The notes under the pieces were generated by a model, which saw only the letters and a program-made list of their open reading frames with translations, had not been told where the DNA came from and made no database searches. A stretch of DNA of 64,000 nt from a virus, in IMG/VR virus record IMGVR_UViG_3300025030_000076, positions 16,306 to 80,305 of that record; one strand, given 5' to 3'. Each line of letters begins with the position of its first letter. The stretch's first letter is position 1. Made by a program: the position numbers and the translations under genes. Below, piece by piece: positions 36,674-46,508 of this stretch.

Positions 36674-38552
36674 CGGCGTTGCTGCCCACATCGTCGTATT
36701 GCAGGGTACTCGCGCCGGGAGATAAATCCAGCCATTCGGCGCGGTCGGTGGATAGCGTCACATTGACCCGCGAGCCGTCTGAGAGATACGCATCCTTAAC
36801 TTCGCAGTCAATTGTCACCGTCTCATTCAGGAAGCAAGGCACGGCGCACTTAATATATTCCGTGCTTGTATTGTTGGTGATCGTAGCATCGAAGTAATAC
36901 GCCGCCGCCTCAGCCCCTACCGCAATGGTTGGCAGGTTGGAACTCGAAAAGGTGACGGTTACCGTGTCGAATTGAGCCAGTGCCATCTCGCTGATGGCAG
37001 ATGACAGCAGGCCATCGATTACAAAGCGGATCGCGGAGGGGTAGGGAGATGCAAGGTTGGCAGTCGTGGGGCCAAAACTCTGCCAGGAATAAGTAACGGT
37101 CGGTTCGGCCTGGTTGTCAGCCGTGAACCATACGGCATTTGTCTGGAGATATTGAAGCCCTACAATGGCAGGCCACGAGCCACTCATATACTTATCACCC
37201 GAAAACAAAACAGTCGTGATCGTGGCGGGGTGGGAGAATATCCAATCCAGCGTACCTGTCTCATTCTGTACCTGGAAGTCCGCACTCCCTATCAATGCCA
37301 GCCCCAGGGATGTGGACGGGTCAGCAAATGTATTATCCGGCGCGGTATAGACGTATGACAGGCCTGTTCGGGATGATAATACCTCCCCTTTCCACATGCC
37401 CGTGCGTGCGCCGGTTGCCTGAAAATAGTTAGTAAGCACCCATGCCCCGTTTGTGGACGCGAGTGAGCACATCGGCTTGTTATCATTGTCCACATCCGGG
37501 GCGGTCAATGTGCTATCCCCGTAGAGTATCCAGATGTCATGCTCGATCCAGCGTACAGTTTTCGGCGCGGTGTGCGCCGCGATGGTCGTATCTTTTTTGG
37601 TACGTGTTACACCTGTCAATTGATAGGTTACCAGATTGGCGCCTGTAAATGTAAATGCCTCCGAATCGATCAGCACGACCTTGTTGACCGCCGCTGCCAT
37701 CGCGTGTAGAAATTCCAGGTTAGCTTTTGTTTTTGATAGCGTGATGGTCGTGATCGCCCCGCTGCCCGCTATGCTGGTATTCGTCGTCCCTTCACGGCGC
37801 GGCCCCAGGTTTAGATTGACCCAACATTTCGTCGTTGCCGTATCCATGTCCTGAAGCCATCTATCTACAAAGACCCCATCCACAAGCACCAGGAAATCAT
37901 CCCCGTCTGCCTGCATCTTGGCAGTGGTGAGTGTCGCCGTATCCAGCCCGCCATTAGTAATGTCCAGCGGCGCAATATAGGATATATCCATATTGTTATA
38001 AATCGGTATCCAGCGCCGATAACTCAGCCCGCCCGTTTTCGCGCTGGTGGGGGTCAGGGTCAGCTTCGGCCCGATCTTGCGGTTACCTGCGTTGGTGATC
38101 GCCTGCGTCTGCCCGGATGCCGTTACACTCCAACTGGTATCGGTCGCCGTGACAAGTTTCCAGTATGGATACTCGATCTGGAATAAGACCATGAAGGAAT
38201 TTTTATTCGTTCCCTCATTTCGGACGTCGCGTACAAAGCCGGTCACGTACCACTGCGTTCCGCTTGCTCCATTCTCCGCAATCAGATTATGACGCTGCCC
38301 GTCCTCAAAATTGAAATACTGCTTGAGTAGTTCCCGATTGGTGTCAATATCCTGTCCCGCTGCAATCCTCACCCGGATTATAAGAGACTGCGGATCTGCT
38401 ACGATCCCCGATACATAGGGATAGTTATCTGCGCGCGGAACGGTAACGACGTTGCCGTGTATATTGACCTTTGAGCCGGGTGGGAAATCGGAATAGAACG
38501 GCGAGCCGTTGTTGATGCTAATCCCGTTCCACGTCAATAGAAGCAGATTCAT
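36636..38552 (-). CDS. Distal tail (Dit-like) protein with inserted domains
   Basis: Follows the tape measure; YPYW and WLDLSPG Dit-like motifs. Confidence 0.65.
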   Translation of the reverse strand: MNLLLLTWNGISINNGSPFYSDFPPGSKVNIHGNVVTVPRADNYPYVSGIVADPQSLIIRVRIAAGQDIDTNRELLKQYFNFEDGQRHNLIAENGASGTQWYVTGFVRDVRNEGTNKNSFMVLFQIEYPYWKLVTATDTSWSVTASGQTQAITNAGNRKIGPKLTLTPTSAKTGGLSYRRWIPIYNNMDISYIAPLDITNGGLDTATLTTAKMQADGDDFLVLVDGVFVDRWLQDMDTATTKCWVNLNLGPRREGTTNTSIAGSGAITTITLSKTKANLEFLHAMAAAVNKVVLIDSEAFTFTGANLVTYQLTGVTRTKKDTTIAAHTAPKTVRWIEHDIWILYGDSTLTAPDVDNDNKPMCSLASTNGAWVLTNYFQATGARTGMWKGEVLSSRTGLSYVYTAPDNTFADPSTSLGLALIGSADFQVQNETGTLDWIFSHPATITTVLFSGDKYMSGSWPAIVGLQYLQTNAVWFTADNQAEPTVTYSWQSFGPTTANLASPYPSAIRFVIDGLLSSAISEMALAQFDTVTVTFSSSNLPTIAVGAEAAAYYFDATITNNTSTEYIKCAVPCFLNETVTIDCEVKDAYLSDGSRVNVTLSTDRAEWLDLSPGASTLQYDDVGSNAVTVHVIHRDRTL

Positions 38553-40738
38553 ACGCCGCCGCCTAATTGCCCGCTGGTCGCTGCGATGAACGGGTTGGGA
38601 TAAATGCAGTCATAAGCAATTTCTCCCCACGAGCCGACGTTGATCGTCGCGCCCGCGAAGTATTGATTGACGACCGTTCCCGTTCCGCTGCCAGTCCCGC
38701 TGCCAGTCCCGCTGCCTGTCCCACCACCAATCGGGATGGGTGTGGGATTGGTCAAGCTGCTGATGTCGATACCAAGCAGGTTCAATATCGGCTCGAAGGG
38801 GGCTAGTAATAATGCAACGATGTTTTGAATTGTATTTATCAACCAGGCCGTTGCAGCGGTAAGACCAGCCACCAATCCCGCAACGATGTTGACGCCAATT
38901 TCCATAAAGACGGTTGATGGACTGGAAATGCCTAGCCATTTCTTTATAGGGTCGATGATTTTCTCATGTACCCATTTGTCAGCATCCCAAGACCAATCGA
39001 AATCCACAGCCTTTTGCCAACCTTGAGAGATAGCTTCTCCTATTTGTCGCCAATCATCAGTGCCAACAATAAAATCCACTATTTCTACAAAGAGAAAGGT
39101 GAGCATATCCATGAAACCTGTCGCGATTTCTCCAAGAGTGTCTAATGAAGCAAGAACGACATAACTCCACATGTCTGCAAAGCCGATACCGATTGCTGCC
39201 CAGTCAGCATTAGCAATCATATTTGGAATACTTAATACAAGATAGCTCCACATATCGGCAAAGCCAATACCGATTGCAGTCCAATTTTCCTGGCTTGTAA
39301 CTTGATCTAACATTCTTTGCCAGAAAACCTTCCAACTAGGAAAGAAATCTGCCAATCCCATAGCACCAAAGAACCAGTCGCTGATTGCCTGACCAATAGC
39401 AGGAACGGCTTCCGATTCATTGCTCTCTATACCTGCTCCAAATGCTGCAAGTAGCGCATCTCCGAACGCATCACCAGATGCCGTCCAATCGTGAAGTTTT
39501 ATCGCCTCCGCCAGCTTAACGTCAATCTCGTCCGTCAAATCAACAACCCAAGTAGCAATATCTTCTATTGGTATACTTGCGAGAACAAAGCCAATTACAC
39601 CTATAACATCACCCTCACCAAAAGCATCTTTTAAATCTAAAATATACTCAAGAACTCCAGCTAATGGACTGCCAGAACCACCTAACCTGTCTGCCGCTGT
39701 AATCAATGCGCCCCAGAGCGTATCACCATTATCAAGAGCCTGCTGAATAATTCTCAATGCTGTTCCAAGATCATAGAAGATTGGATTTACATCTTTCCAC
39801 GATTGCATCGCAGCACCAAGATCATATAATTTGACTATATCGCCGCTTACCAGTTTCATAAAAATATCAACTAATTCTGCAAACCCCTCACCTGCGATTG
39901 CAGCAATTCTCCCAATATCTTCCAGGATTGGACGCAAAGTACCGCCTTCTGAGACAGCCTTACCAAACCATTTAGCAAGATCGGCAATAGCAAAAATGAC
40001 AGTTCCAAACGCCTCCTGAAATGGTTCACCAATAGCGACCATGATGTCATCGAAGTATCGGGGAAATGAGCGCAATACTTTTCCAGGCTCTTCCATTGCA
40101 GCGGCATACGCGCCTGCAATCCCTACGCCTGCTTCCAATACCTCATTCAATGCTATCTGCTGCTTTTCGGCAGTGGTCAGGCTTTCTGTTGTTCTATCGT
40201 TTTCATCCGCCCATTCTTTGTATGCCAATTGTAGATCAACGACAATCCCGGCATGGCGCAATACAAGCGGGTTGAGAGTTTCAATACCATATACAATATC
40301 TTTTAGAGTCTGACTTGAATTTTGTCCTGCAATAACTGCTGCATCCTGAGCAATACGAGCAATGTCAGTAGCATACGCTAAATCGAGTTCTGCACCAATA
40401 AACGCCGCGATTGTTGTTTCGGCAATTCCCGCTTCGATACCCATACTGCGAATTGATGTCGCTATCTTTTCAAGATATAACGCCGGAATTCCAGCAGTTT
40501 CTCCTAAAACCTGATTGACTACTCTAAGTTCATCTACGCGTGCGGCGGTAAGGATGGCTTCCTGTCCAAACGCAATAACCGGCGTAAGCACAGCATCAAT
40601 TGCACCGGCAGCCAAGTCAAGAGCCGATTTGATACCAGTGACGATATTTCCGAAGTCGCCGAATGATCCAACTATTCCCCCCATAACTCCCGAAAATTCG
40701 TCCTTCCCCGTTATCACTATCTCTACTTCGGCAGCCAT
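38549..40738 (-). CDS. Tape measure protein
   Basis: EIVITGKDEFS N-terminus; Ala/Gly-rich helical repeats (WxAIGIGFADMWSY twice). Confidence 0.85.
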   Translation of the reverse strand: MAAEVEIVITGKDEFSGVMGGIVGSFGDFGNIVTGIKSALDLAAGAIDAVLTPVIAFGQEAILTAARVDELRVVNQVLGETAGIPALYLEKIATSIRSMGIEAGIAETTIAAFIGAELDLAYATDIARIAQDAAVIAGQNSSQTLKDIVYGIETLNPLVLRHAGIVVDLQLAYKEWADENDRTTESLTTAEKQQIALNEVLEAGVGIAGAYAAAMEEPGKVLRSFPRYFDDIMVAIGEPFQEAFGTVIFAIADLAKWFGKAVSEGGTLRPILEDIGRIAAIAGEGFAELVDIFMKLVSGDIVKLYDLGAAMQSWKDVNPIFYDLGTALRIIQQALDNGDTLWGALITAADRLGGSGSPLAGVLEYILDLKDAFGEGDVIGVIGFVLASIPIEDIATWVVDLTDEIDVKLAEAIKLHDWTASGDAFGDALLAAFGAGIESNESEAVPAIGQAISDWFFGAMGLADFFPSWKVFWQRMLDQVTSQENWTAIGIGFADMWSYLVLSIPNMIANADWAAIGIGFADMWSYVVLASLDTLGEIATGFMDMLTFLFVEIVDFIVGTDDWRQIGEAISQGWQKAVDFDWSWDADKWVHEKIIDPIKKWLGISSPSTVFMEIGVNIVAGLVAGLTAATAWLINTIQNIVALLLAPFEPILNLLGIDISSLTNPTPIPIGGGTGSGTGSGTGSGTGTVVNQYFAGATINVGSWGEIAYDCIYPNPFIAATSGQLGGGV

Positions 40739-40855
40739 GTGATATAATCCTTGTAAATCAATTCGTCTGGGCTAGCAGGCGTTTCCATGTTAAAATCCAT
40801 ATACCTTTCGTGTCGCGCTAGCCCGCGATGCGAGAGGTATTTTGTTTGGAGTACC

Positions 40856-41530
40856 ATGTCACTAATCGAAATTCACTGCGAACAATGTGGAAAGCATTTT
40901 CAAGGGCGCAGCGATAGGATAATTCGCTTTTGTTCGCGCGCCTGCTGACGTAATTCCCAAATAGAAACAAGAGTGTGCGTTGTATGTAAAAAGCCTTTTC
41001 GGGTAAGGCCATCATATGAAACATCCACTTGTTCCAGAGAGTGCAAGAAGAAAAATTATTCATCCATTCACCTTACAGATAGGCTTAGAGAAATTATTAG
41101 CCGCGTAGGAAAAGCCAACAAGGGACGCACCCGCCCTCACAAGCCACTTTTGGAAAAGATTTGCGAACAATGCAAAACGATTTACTATGTTCCAGGAAAA
41201 CAAAAGGCAAGCCGCTATTGTTCTACTAAATGCTGGTACAACCACATTCGACAAGACCCTGTTAAGCACCCGAATTGGCGCGGAGGAGAATACGATCATA
41301 ACTATGGTCGAAACTGGTTTCAGCAAAAACGCTCCGCACGCAAGCGCGACAAGTACACATGCCAGAACTGTGGCATTACTGAAAGAGAATATGGTCGTCA
41401 CTTGGATGTCCATCACAAAGTTCCTTTTAGAAATTTCGGTATCGAAAGATATAAAGAGGCCAACGTTCTCAAAAACCTAATTTCTCTTTGCAGAGGTTGC
41501 CATATGATTGCCGAGCGTGGCGTTTATTGA
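40856..41530 (+). pseudogene. Zn-finger HNH endonuclease interrupted by an in-frame TGA at 40946-40948 (intact ORF 40973-41530)
   Basis: GGAG RBS + MSLIEIHCEQC..FCSRAC*RNS, in frame with the downstream HNH (LDVHH...NLISLCRGCH). Confidence 0.75.
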
Positions 41531-42059
41531 TTCCTCATTGCATCTATCTCGCGCTGTTGCCTTGCATTCAATTCATTGATATATAAAGTGAGCCTTAATT
41601 GCCATACATACCGCCGCCAGCGCGACGGTTTTTCGCCTGTGATTTTCCAGGGTAATTGATGCAAAGCGAACGCCAACACTACAACGTCGAACCATCCGGG
41701 GAGGTCTGCGGGGTCAGGGAATCGACTTCTGAAGTAGAGTTCAATTGACCCCCTTTCGCGTTTGGGATGGTAGATTCCACAAGTGCTTCGCTAAATTTGT
41801 TGATAGCATCCGCCGCTTCATCCCGGCTCAATTCATCAAATATTGCATACGCTTCGTCTTGCGGAAGGTACTGATTATTTTCGTCAGCCATGAAGCGACA
41901 GGATAGAATCTGGATTTGTTCCAGAAACTCGTCGTTAATATCGTTGCCTTGTGCTTTCAAGCGCCTGAATTTTTGCACCTTTTTTATGTCTTTCCACTTC
42001 AGGCGCTTCCCTACTGTTTTCGCGTCGAACAAAAACTTAATGTGTATATCCTCAGACAT
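41524..42059 (-). CDS. Tail assembly chaperone (41679-42059) with probable -1 frameshift extension to 41524
   Basis: Slippery C CCA AAC at 41760-41766; -1 frame open (…LPGWF…LPWKI…NQ*); lies between major tail and tape measure. Confidence 0.7.
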
Positions 42060-42088
42060 TACAAACTACTTTCTCGCGCATTAGCGCG

Positions 42089-43090
42089 TTATGGAACTGT
42101 TGCCAATTCAACTACAACGATGATCGACCCAGCGGCGGCGGCTGTGGTATCGTACGCAGACACAAACTTACCTGTCACAATATCGTTACCGTTGGCCTCC
42201 CCGATCTTCGAGAAGCTCTCCCAATAGCCGGGGAGATTGATCTTCATCGTCGGGACGCTGTATGTCGTGCCGGGAGTGGCGAATGCCGTCAAACCTTCGA
42301 CTTTGACTTGCAGTAGGACAGGCGTTTGTGCGCGCCATAAAACTTTCTGCGCGGCGGCGATTGCGTCATGCTCGAATTCCAAATCACAGGTAACTACATA
42401 ATCCGTTCCCTGTGCAAAAGAGAAGTCGAGCCGCCCGTCTGCGGTATCCTTCGCCTCAATTCCTGATGCAAACTTGAAATTGACGCCCCGCACCGTATTG
42501 GACTTGATCGTCGTTCCAACCGTGCCGCCAATCGCATCTTGATAGATTTTCGTCAATCCGAAATTCATGTTGTTGACAGCCAGCAGGGATAGACCGGCTG
42601 AGAAGGCGCCCAGGGCCGGGGCGCGCCCCTGGATATTCGCCTGCAACTGGTATGCGGTGCGCCCGTTGCCGGATAGCGTCCAGTCCTTGACGAAACAATA
42701 CGCCATGCGCTCAACTTCGTTATCATCCCCGCCCTCGATGGAATAAGTTTTGATCGCGTTGCCTGCGGTAGTGGGGAACGCATAGGTATAGATGTAGTCA
42801 GTCCCTGCGCCGTCCTGGGAACCGGCAACGGTTTTTACACTCATTTCAAGGATGTGCAGGAGACCCTCAAATGTCGCGGGGGTTTGGCTAATTGCCAGCG
42901 TCCCACCCTTCATGGGTACATTCGTGCGGGTCGTGCCGCTGATAATCCCGATGTCCTCACTGACACGTTGCACCTGGATATTGTCCAGGATCGTCCCGAT
43001 GCCGCGAAAAATAAATGTCGCGGATGAGGTTGTCCCGGCTGTTGCCTCCCTGTAAAACTGGAGCTTTCTCAAACTTCTACGACCAGCCAT
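42089..43090 (-). CDS. Major tail protein
   Basis: Size, position, YTYAF and YSIEGG patterns. Confidence 0.75.
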   Translation of the reverse strand: MAGRRSLRKLQFYREATAGTTSSATFIFRGIGTILDNIQVQRVSEDIGIISGTTRTNVPMKGGTLAISQTPATFEGLLHILEMSVKTVAGSQDGAGTDYIYTYAFPTTAGNAIKTYSIEGGDDNEVERMAYCFVKDWTLSGNGRTAYQLQANIQGRAPALGAFSAGLSLLAVNNMNFGLTKIYQDAIGGTVGTTIKSNTVRGVNFKFASGIEAKDTADGRLDFSFAQGTDYVVTCDLEFEHDAIAAAQKVLWRAQTPVLLQVKVEGLTAFATPGTTYSVPTMKINLPGYWESFSKIGEANGNDIVTGKFVSAYDTTAAAAGSIIVVVELATVP

Positions 43091-43296
43091 TATTCACCTT
43101 CCTTAGCCGTTTTGATTTTCTTCGGCTGTTCTATTTTTGGTTTCTCATACAGGCCGCTTGCAAGCATCCCGGCCTCATCTATTCCAAGTTCCTTCCAGAG
43201 TTCCGCACGCTCGGCGAAATCTTCGTCCATCAGGTCGCGGGCGGGTATGTGTATGAGCGCGTCACCCCGGCCAATGTAATGCAATTTAATTGCCAT
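43090..43296 (-). CDS. Hypothetical protein
   Basis: IPARDL motif; coupled to neighbours. Confidence 0.6.
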   Translation of the reverse strand: MAIKLHYIGRGDALIHIPARDLMDEDFAERAELWKELGIDEAGMLASGLYEKPKIEQPKKIKTAKEGE

Positions 43297-43306
43297 GTTT
43301 GTCTCC

Positions 43307-43714
43307 TTACAATCCTACGCGGCGCGTCACCATCGTGATCTCCTCTTCGATTGCCTTCGGAAGTTTCGCGACTTCCTCCTCCTGCACGTCGCGCAGAAGG
43401 TTCCAGCGCCCTTCGTGCATCCAGGCTTGTTCCAAGCCATAGGCGTTACCCACGACATATTTTGTATATGGTGTATCGTTGCGCGTGGTATAGCCGTTTG
43501 TGTTCGGTATAATCATCCAACCACCGCCGAGCCTGCCTGTGCGGATATATCTCTGCCCCGGTCGCTCAGGCGGGTAAATCTTCATCCGGCGGACAATCGC
43601 CTGTGATGTCTGATAGATTTGCAAGCGCCCGATTTTCGGGATCTCCGCCGACAAATCCTGCAAGCCTCGGCGCACAATATCCGCGTTGTTGATCTGGATG
43701 GATAATTGCGTCAT
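43307..43714 (-). CDS. Head-tail joining protein (HK97 gp10-like)
   Basis: RTGRLGGGW...N.TPY..YV motif. Confidence 0.7.
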   Translation of the reverse strand: MTQLSIQINNADIVRRGLQDLSAEIPKIGRLQIYQTSQAIVRRMKIYPPERPGQRYIRTGRLGGGWMIIPNTNGYTTRNDTPYTKYVVGNAYGLEQAWMHEGRWNLLRDVQEEEVAKLPKAIEEEITMVTRRVGL

Positions 43715-44142
43715 AGGTTTATCTTCTGTTTCACATTCTCAAGCATGGCTCGGTAGCCGACGCAATCCACGCTAGAGTAGATATATACGGGCAGAAATTC
43801 CCATCGCAAAATCCCAAAAGTGTCAATCGAGCCGTCAAAGAAGCGGCTGGTGGTCGTGATTTCGGTTAGGAGCGCCGTGTCAACCAGGTCTACAATCGGC
43901 AGGAGTGCGGCGATGTTCTGCGCAAGGTCGGTATGCGGCGTCAGGATGTCAACGGCAATTGTCGCAAGGTGTTGCATCGTCCCGGTCTCGCTGATCTCGG
44001 TCATTGAGGTCATAAGATACGTCAGTGCAAAAATCCGTTCGTTGATATTTTCCTGCGGCGTCGCGGGCGCGGCTCCGATGCCCGCCACCGCCGCCACGAC
44101 CTCAGCAACTTCCGTTACCGCTGTGGTATAGTCCTGCGTCAC
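43711..44142 (-). CDS. Tail terminator/completion-like protein
   Basis: Position and size. Confidence 0.55.
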   Translation of the reverse strand: MTQDYTTAVTEVAEVVAAVAGIGAAPATPQENINERIFALTYLMTSMTEISETGTMQHLATIAVDILTPHTDLAQNIAALLPIVDLVDTALLTEITTTSRFFDGSIDTFGILRWEFLPVYIYSSVDCVGYRAMLENVKQKINL

Positions 44143-45083
44143 GTAATCCTCACATAAGGACAGAGGAGCTTTTCAACATCCGGGTCGAGCGCCGGGATGG
44201 TTAGCGTAATCGTGCCAACGCTGGACGCCCCGGCCTGTCCAAGCGCGGTGTTGAAGCGTTTATATTCGCGATTGCTTTGCAGGATACAAGCCAGCACAAC
44301 AGTTTTCGGAACCGACGCCCAGCCGAATGAGGCGGTGACTTTCACGCCCTTTTTTGTGCCAGGAAACGAGTAATCTCCCTCAGGTGTGGTTTCTATCATC
44401 TGGTAAGGCCAGCCATCCAGCGTCGCGTTGAATGATGTCAAGTCGTAGTCTGTCGTCGCCCAAGTCGTTTCATACGTTCTGTCCCCGTCCTCATCTGTGA
44501 CAAGCGTCAGCCCGCTTGAGGTTGAGATGTCATCCACGAACATCAGGTCGCCTTCGTCAGCGGTGTAATATCTCGTTTCGGATGCGGAGAAGAAGCGGCG
44601 GGCGCATTTGTTGTCTATCAGGCGCGAGACGGCTTCGATGATGGTTTCCAAAATCTCATCATGGGTCGTGTTCGAGAAATTCAGCACGTCAGACGATTTG
44701 AGTTGCGCCAGCGTGACGTAGCCGTTTGTCATCCCCGTTCCGGCGGTCGTATTCGTGGATGTTGGCGCGGCGGTCAGGCCGGTACAAGTGCCGTTTGCAA
44801 TGGCAATATTCAGCGTGTCATCATTGGCGACCGCGATATGTTTTGTCAGGACTACATTCGCGCCGCTGCCGGATACCAAAAACAGCGCCGCCACATCCAC
44901 ATCGAAGGCCAGCGCCGTGCGTATCAGCCCGCCAACAATGGAGGCGGTATCTGCTGAAGTGACGGCGACTGAGATAGCCTTCGGCGTGTTTGCCATGCCG
45001 AGCGCGGTCACGGTCACAGTAGCATTCCCCGAGCCGGTGACTGTCCCGACGACGGTCGCGGTTTCAACTTGTTTTGTGGTCAT
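44139..45083 (-). CDS. Head-tail connector with extra N-terminal beta domain
   Basis: GYVTLAQLK...AVSRLID..C.RRF...FGW..VP. Confidence 0.75.
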   Translation of the reverse strand: MTTKQVETATVVGTVTGSGNATVTVTALGMANTPKAISVAVTSADTASIVGGLIRTALAFDVDVAALFLVSGSGANVVLTKHIAVANDDTLNIAIANGTCTGLTAAPTSTNTTAGTGMTNGYVTLAQLKSSDVLNFSNTTHDEILETIIEAVSRLIDNKCARRFFSASETRYYTADEGDLMFVDDISTSSGLTLVTDEDGDRTYETTWATTDYDLTSFNATLDGWPYQMIETTPEGDYSFPGTKKGVKVTASFGWASVPKTVVLACILQSNREYKRFNTALGQAGASSVGTITLTIPALDPDVEKLLCPYVRIT

Positions 45084-45245
45084 GCTGTTCCCATAGTGGT
45101 AAGTAGCACGCCTAGTATTTGGTTAAGTTCTTTTATGGCTTCATCGCGTCCACATGAACAATGCCGATCACAGCTAAATACCCAAAAAGTACAATGCTTC
45201 GAATGGTATTTCAGCATCTTGTCAAGCGCCTTTGTTTTGGGTGCT

Positions 45246-46001
45246 TTAGTTTTCTTGGTTGTCATTTATTACAGGCTCTCCCGTATTGTGAAAATCACTC
45301 ACGCTATCCCAAGCAATGAAATCGGCGCTGGATGTGGGAATGTCGCCAGCCACATGACCAGCTATACAGGAGCGGTCTACAAACGCTTCGTAACCAGCAG
45401 CCCGCGCGTATTCGTAGAAGCGCCGATCCTCCCCGCCGCCTGAAGTCTCGTTGTCGCAGGCAAACCACAAGCCATCACCCTGGTCGGGTACTTTGGCGCG
45501 GATGTCCTCAAAGACAGTCCGGTGTATCAGCGTGCAGGCGGTCGCGGTGAAGCCGACAGAGACAAGCGCATCGGGGGGGCAGGGGTCTATCAAGAACGGC
45601 CCAAACTTGATCCACTCTTTATGATCGTAGAACCATTCGCGAGTATCATTGATTCTCATCACATAATGGCCTTCATCTCTATCGTAGGATTTCCAAATCT
45701 GTGGGACGACCGGGTTATGTCGCATGAACACCAGCGCCGATATAAGGGGCTTATCCCAGGACAGTAATCGCTTCAATGTTTCAGGGACGAAAACAACATC
45801 GTGGTGCGTCGAGAATATCCATTCGGCGTCGGTTGCGAGAAACTCCCGCACAATATCATTCCAGACGACACGAACCGAGCCAGCGCCGCTCTGCTTAAAT
45901 GTCCGCTTTGCGCCATCAGGCAAGAGCAGGTTTACCCACGAGTGAACGCACGACCACGGAGGCGGCGCGCCAGACGAGGGAACCCAATGGAATATGTGCA
46001 A
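45246..46001 (-). CDS. GT-A fold (GT2-like) glycosyltransferase
   Basis: HHDVVF (DxD-like), TACTLIHRTVF, GEDRRF, terminal GH. Confidence 0.75.
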   Translation of the reverse strand: MHIFHWVPSSGAPPPWSCVHSWVNLLLPDGAKRTFKQSGAGSVRVVWNDIVREFLATDAEWIFSTHHDVVFVPETLKRLLSWDKPLISALVFMRHNPVVPQIWKSYDRDEGHYVMRINDTREWFYDHKEWIKFGPFLIDPCPPDALVSVGFTATACTLIHRTVFEDIRAKVPDQGDGLWFACDNETSGGGEDRRFYEYARAAGYEAFVDRSCIAGHVAGDIPTSSADFIAWDSVSDFHNTGEPVINDNQEN

Positions 46002-46059
46002 GATAAAACGCTTTCCGGGGGAGGCAATTGCTCGCCTCCCCCATTACTTATCAGTAGTG

Positions 46060-46497
46060 TTAGACGGTTACGACTTCGATGCTGGATGCTGTTGGCGGAC
46101 GATTGATGCCGTTGTACAGTTCCACCACGCACGAATGCGGGACGGCTGTCGAGAGCAGTGAGCCACCGGAGACAAGCAGCCAGGGCGTACCCGCTGAAAT
46201 AGGTACATCCACTTCCAGCGTGACCGAGGTGCTCGATAGCACGCCGGAGGTCACAGCGGCCAGAGATGCGCTTGCGATAGCAGCGTAAGTTGCGCCGGAT
46301 GTGGACGCCTGCCAGGGTCCAATACCCGCCGAAAGTGCGGCGGTCGTTGCGGCGCCGTTACCGAAATTGAAGATGAAGTGCGCGCGGGAGTATCCGGTCG
46401 CGTCGACCTTTGTTCCGACCAGCGCACCAACTTGTCCGCCGCTGGCTGCTACTGCAACCATCGACTTCTGGACATCAGGATTCTTGTTGCGTGACAT
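46060..46497 (-). CDS. Head decoration/cement-like protein
   Basis: Directly after the capsid gene; VDATGY motif; GAGG RBS before MSRNK. Confidence 0.6.
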   Translation of the reverse strand: MSRNKNPDVQKSMVAVAASGGQVGALVGTKVDATGYSRAHFIFNFGNGAATTAALSAGIGPWQASTSGATYAAIASASLAAVTSGVLSSTSVTLEVDVPISAGTPWLLVSGGSLLSTAVPHSCVVELYNGINRPPTASSIEVVTV

Positions 46498-46508
46498 GTC
46501 ATCACCTC

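Noticed and set aside
40946-40948. Stop-codon reassignment (TGA recoding)
   Set aside because: Many well-supported genes end in TGA (ATGA overlaps) and other long ORFs are uninterrupted; a single nonsense change is more likely.
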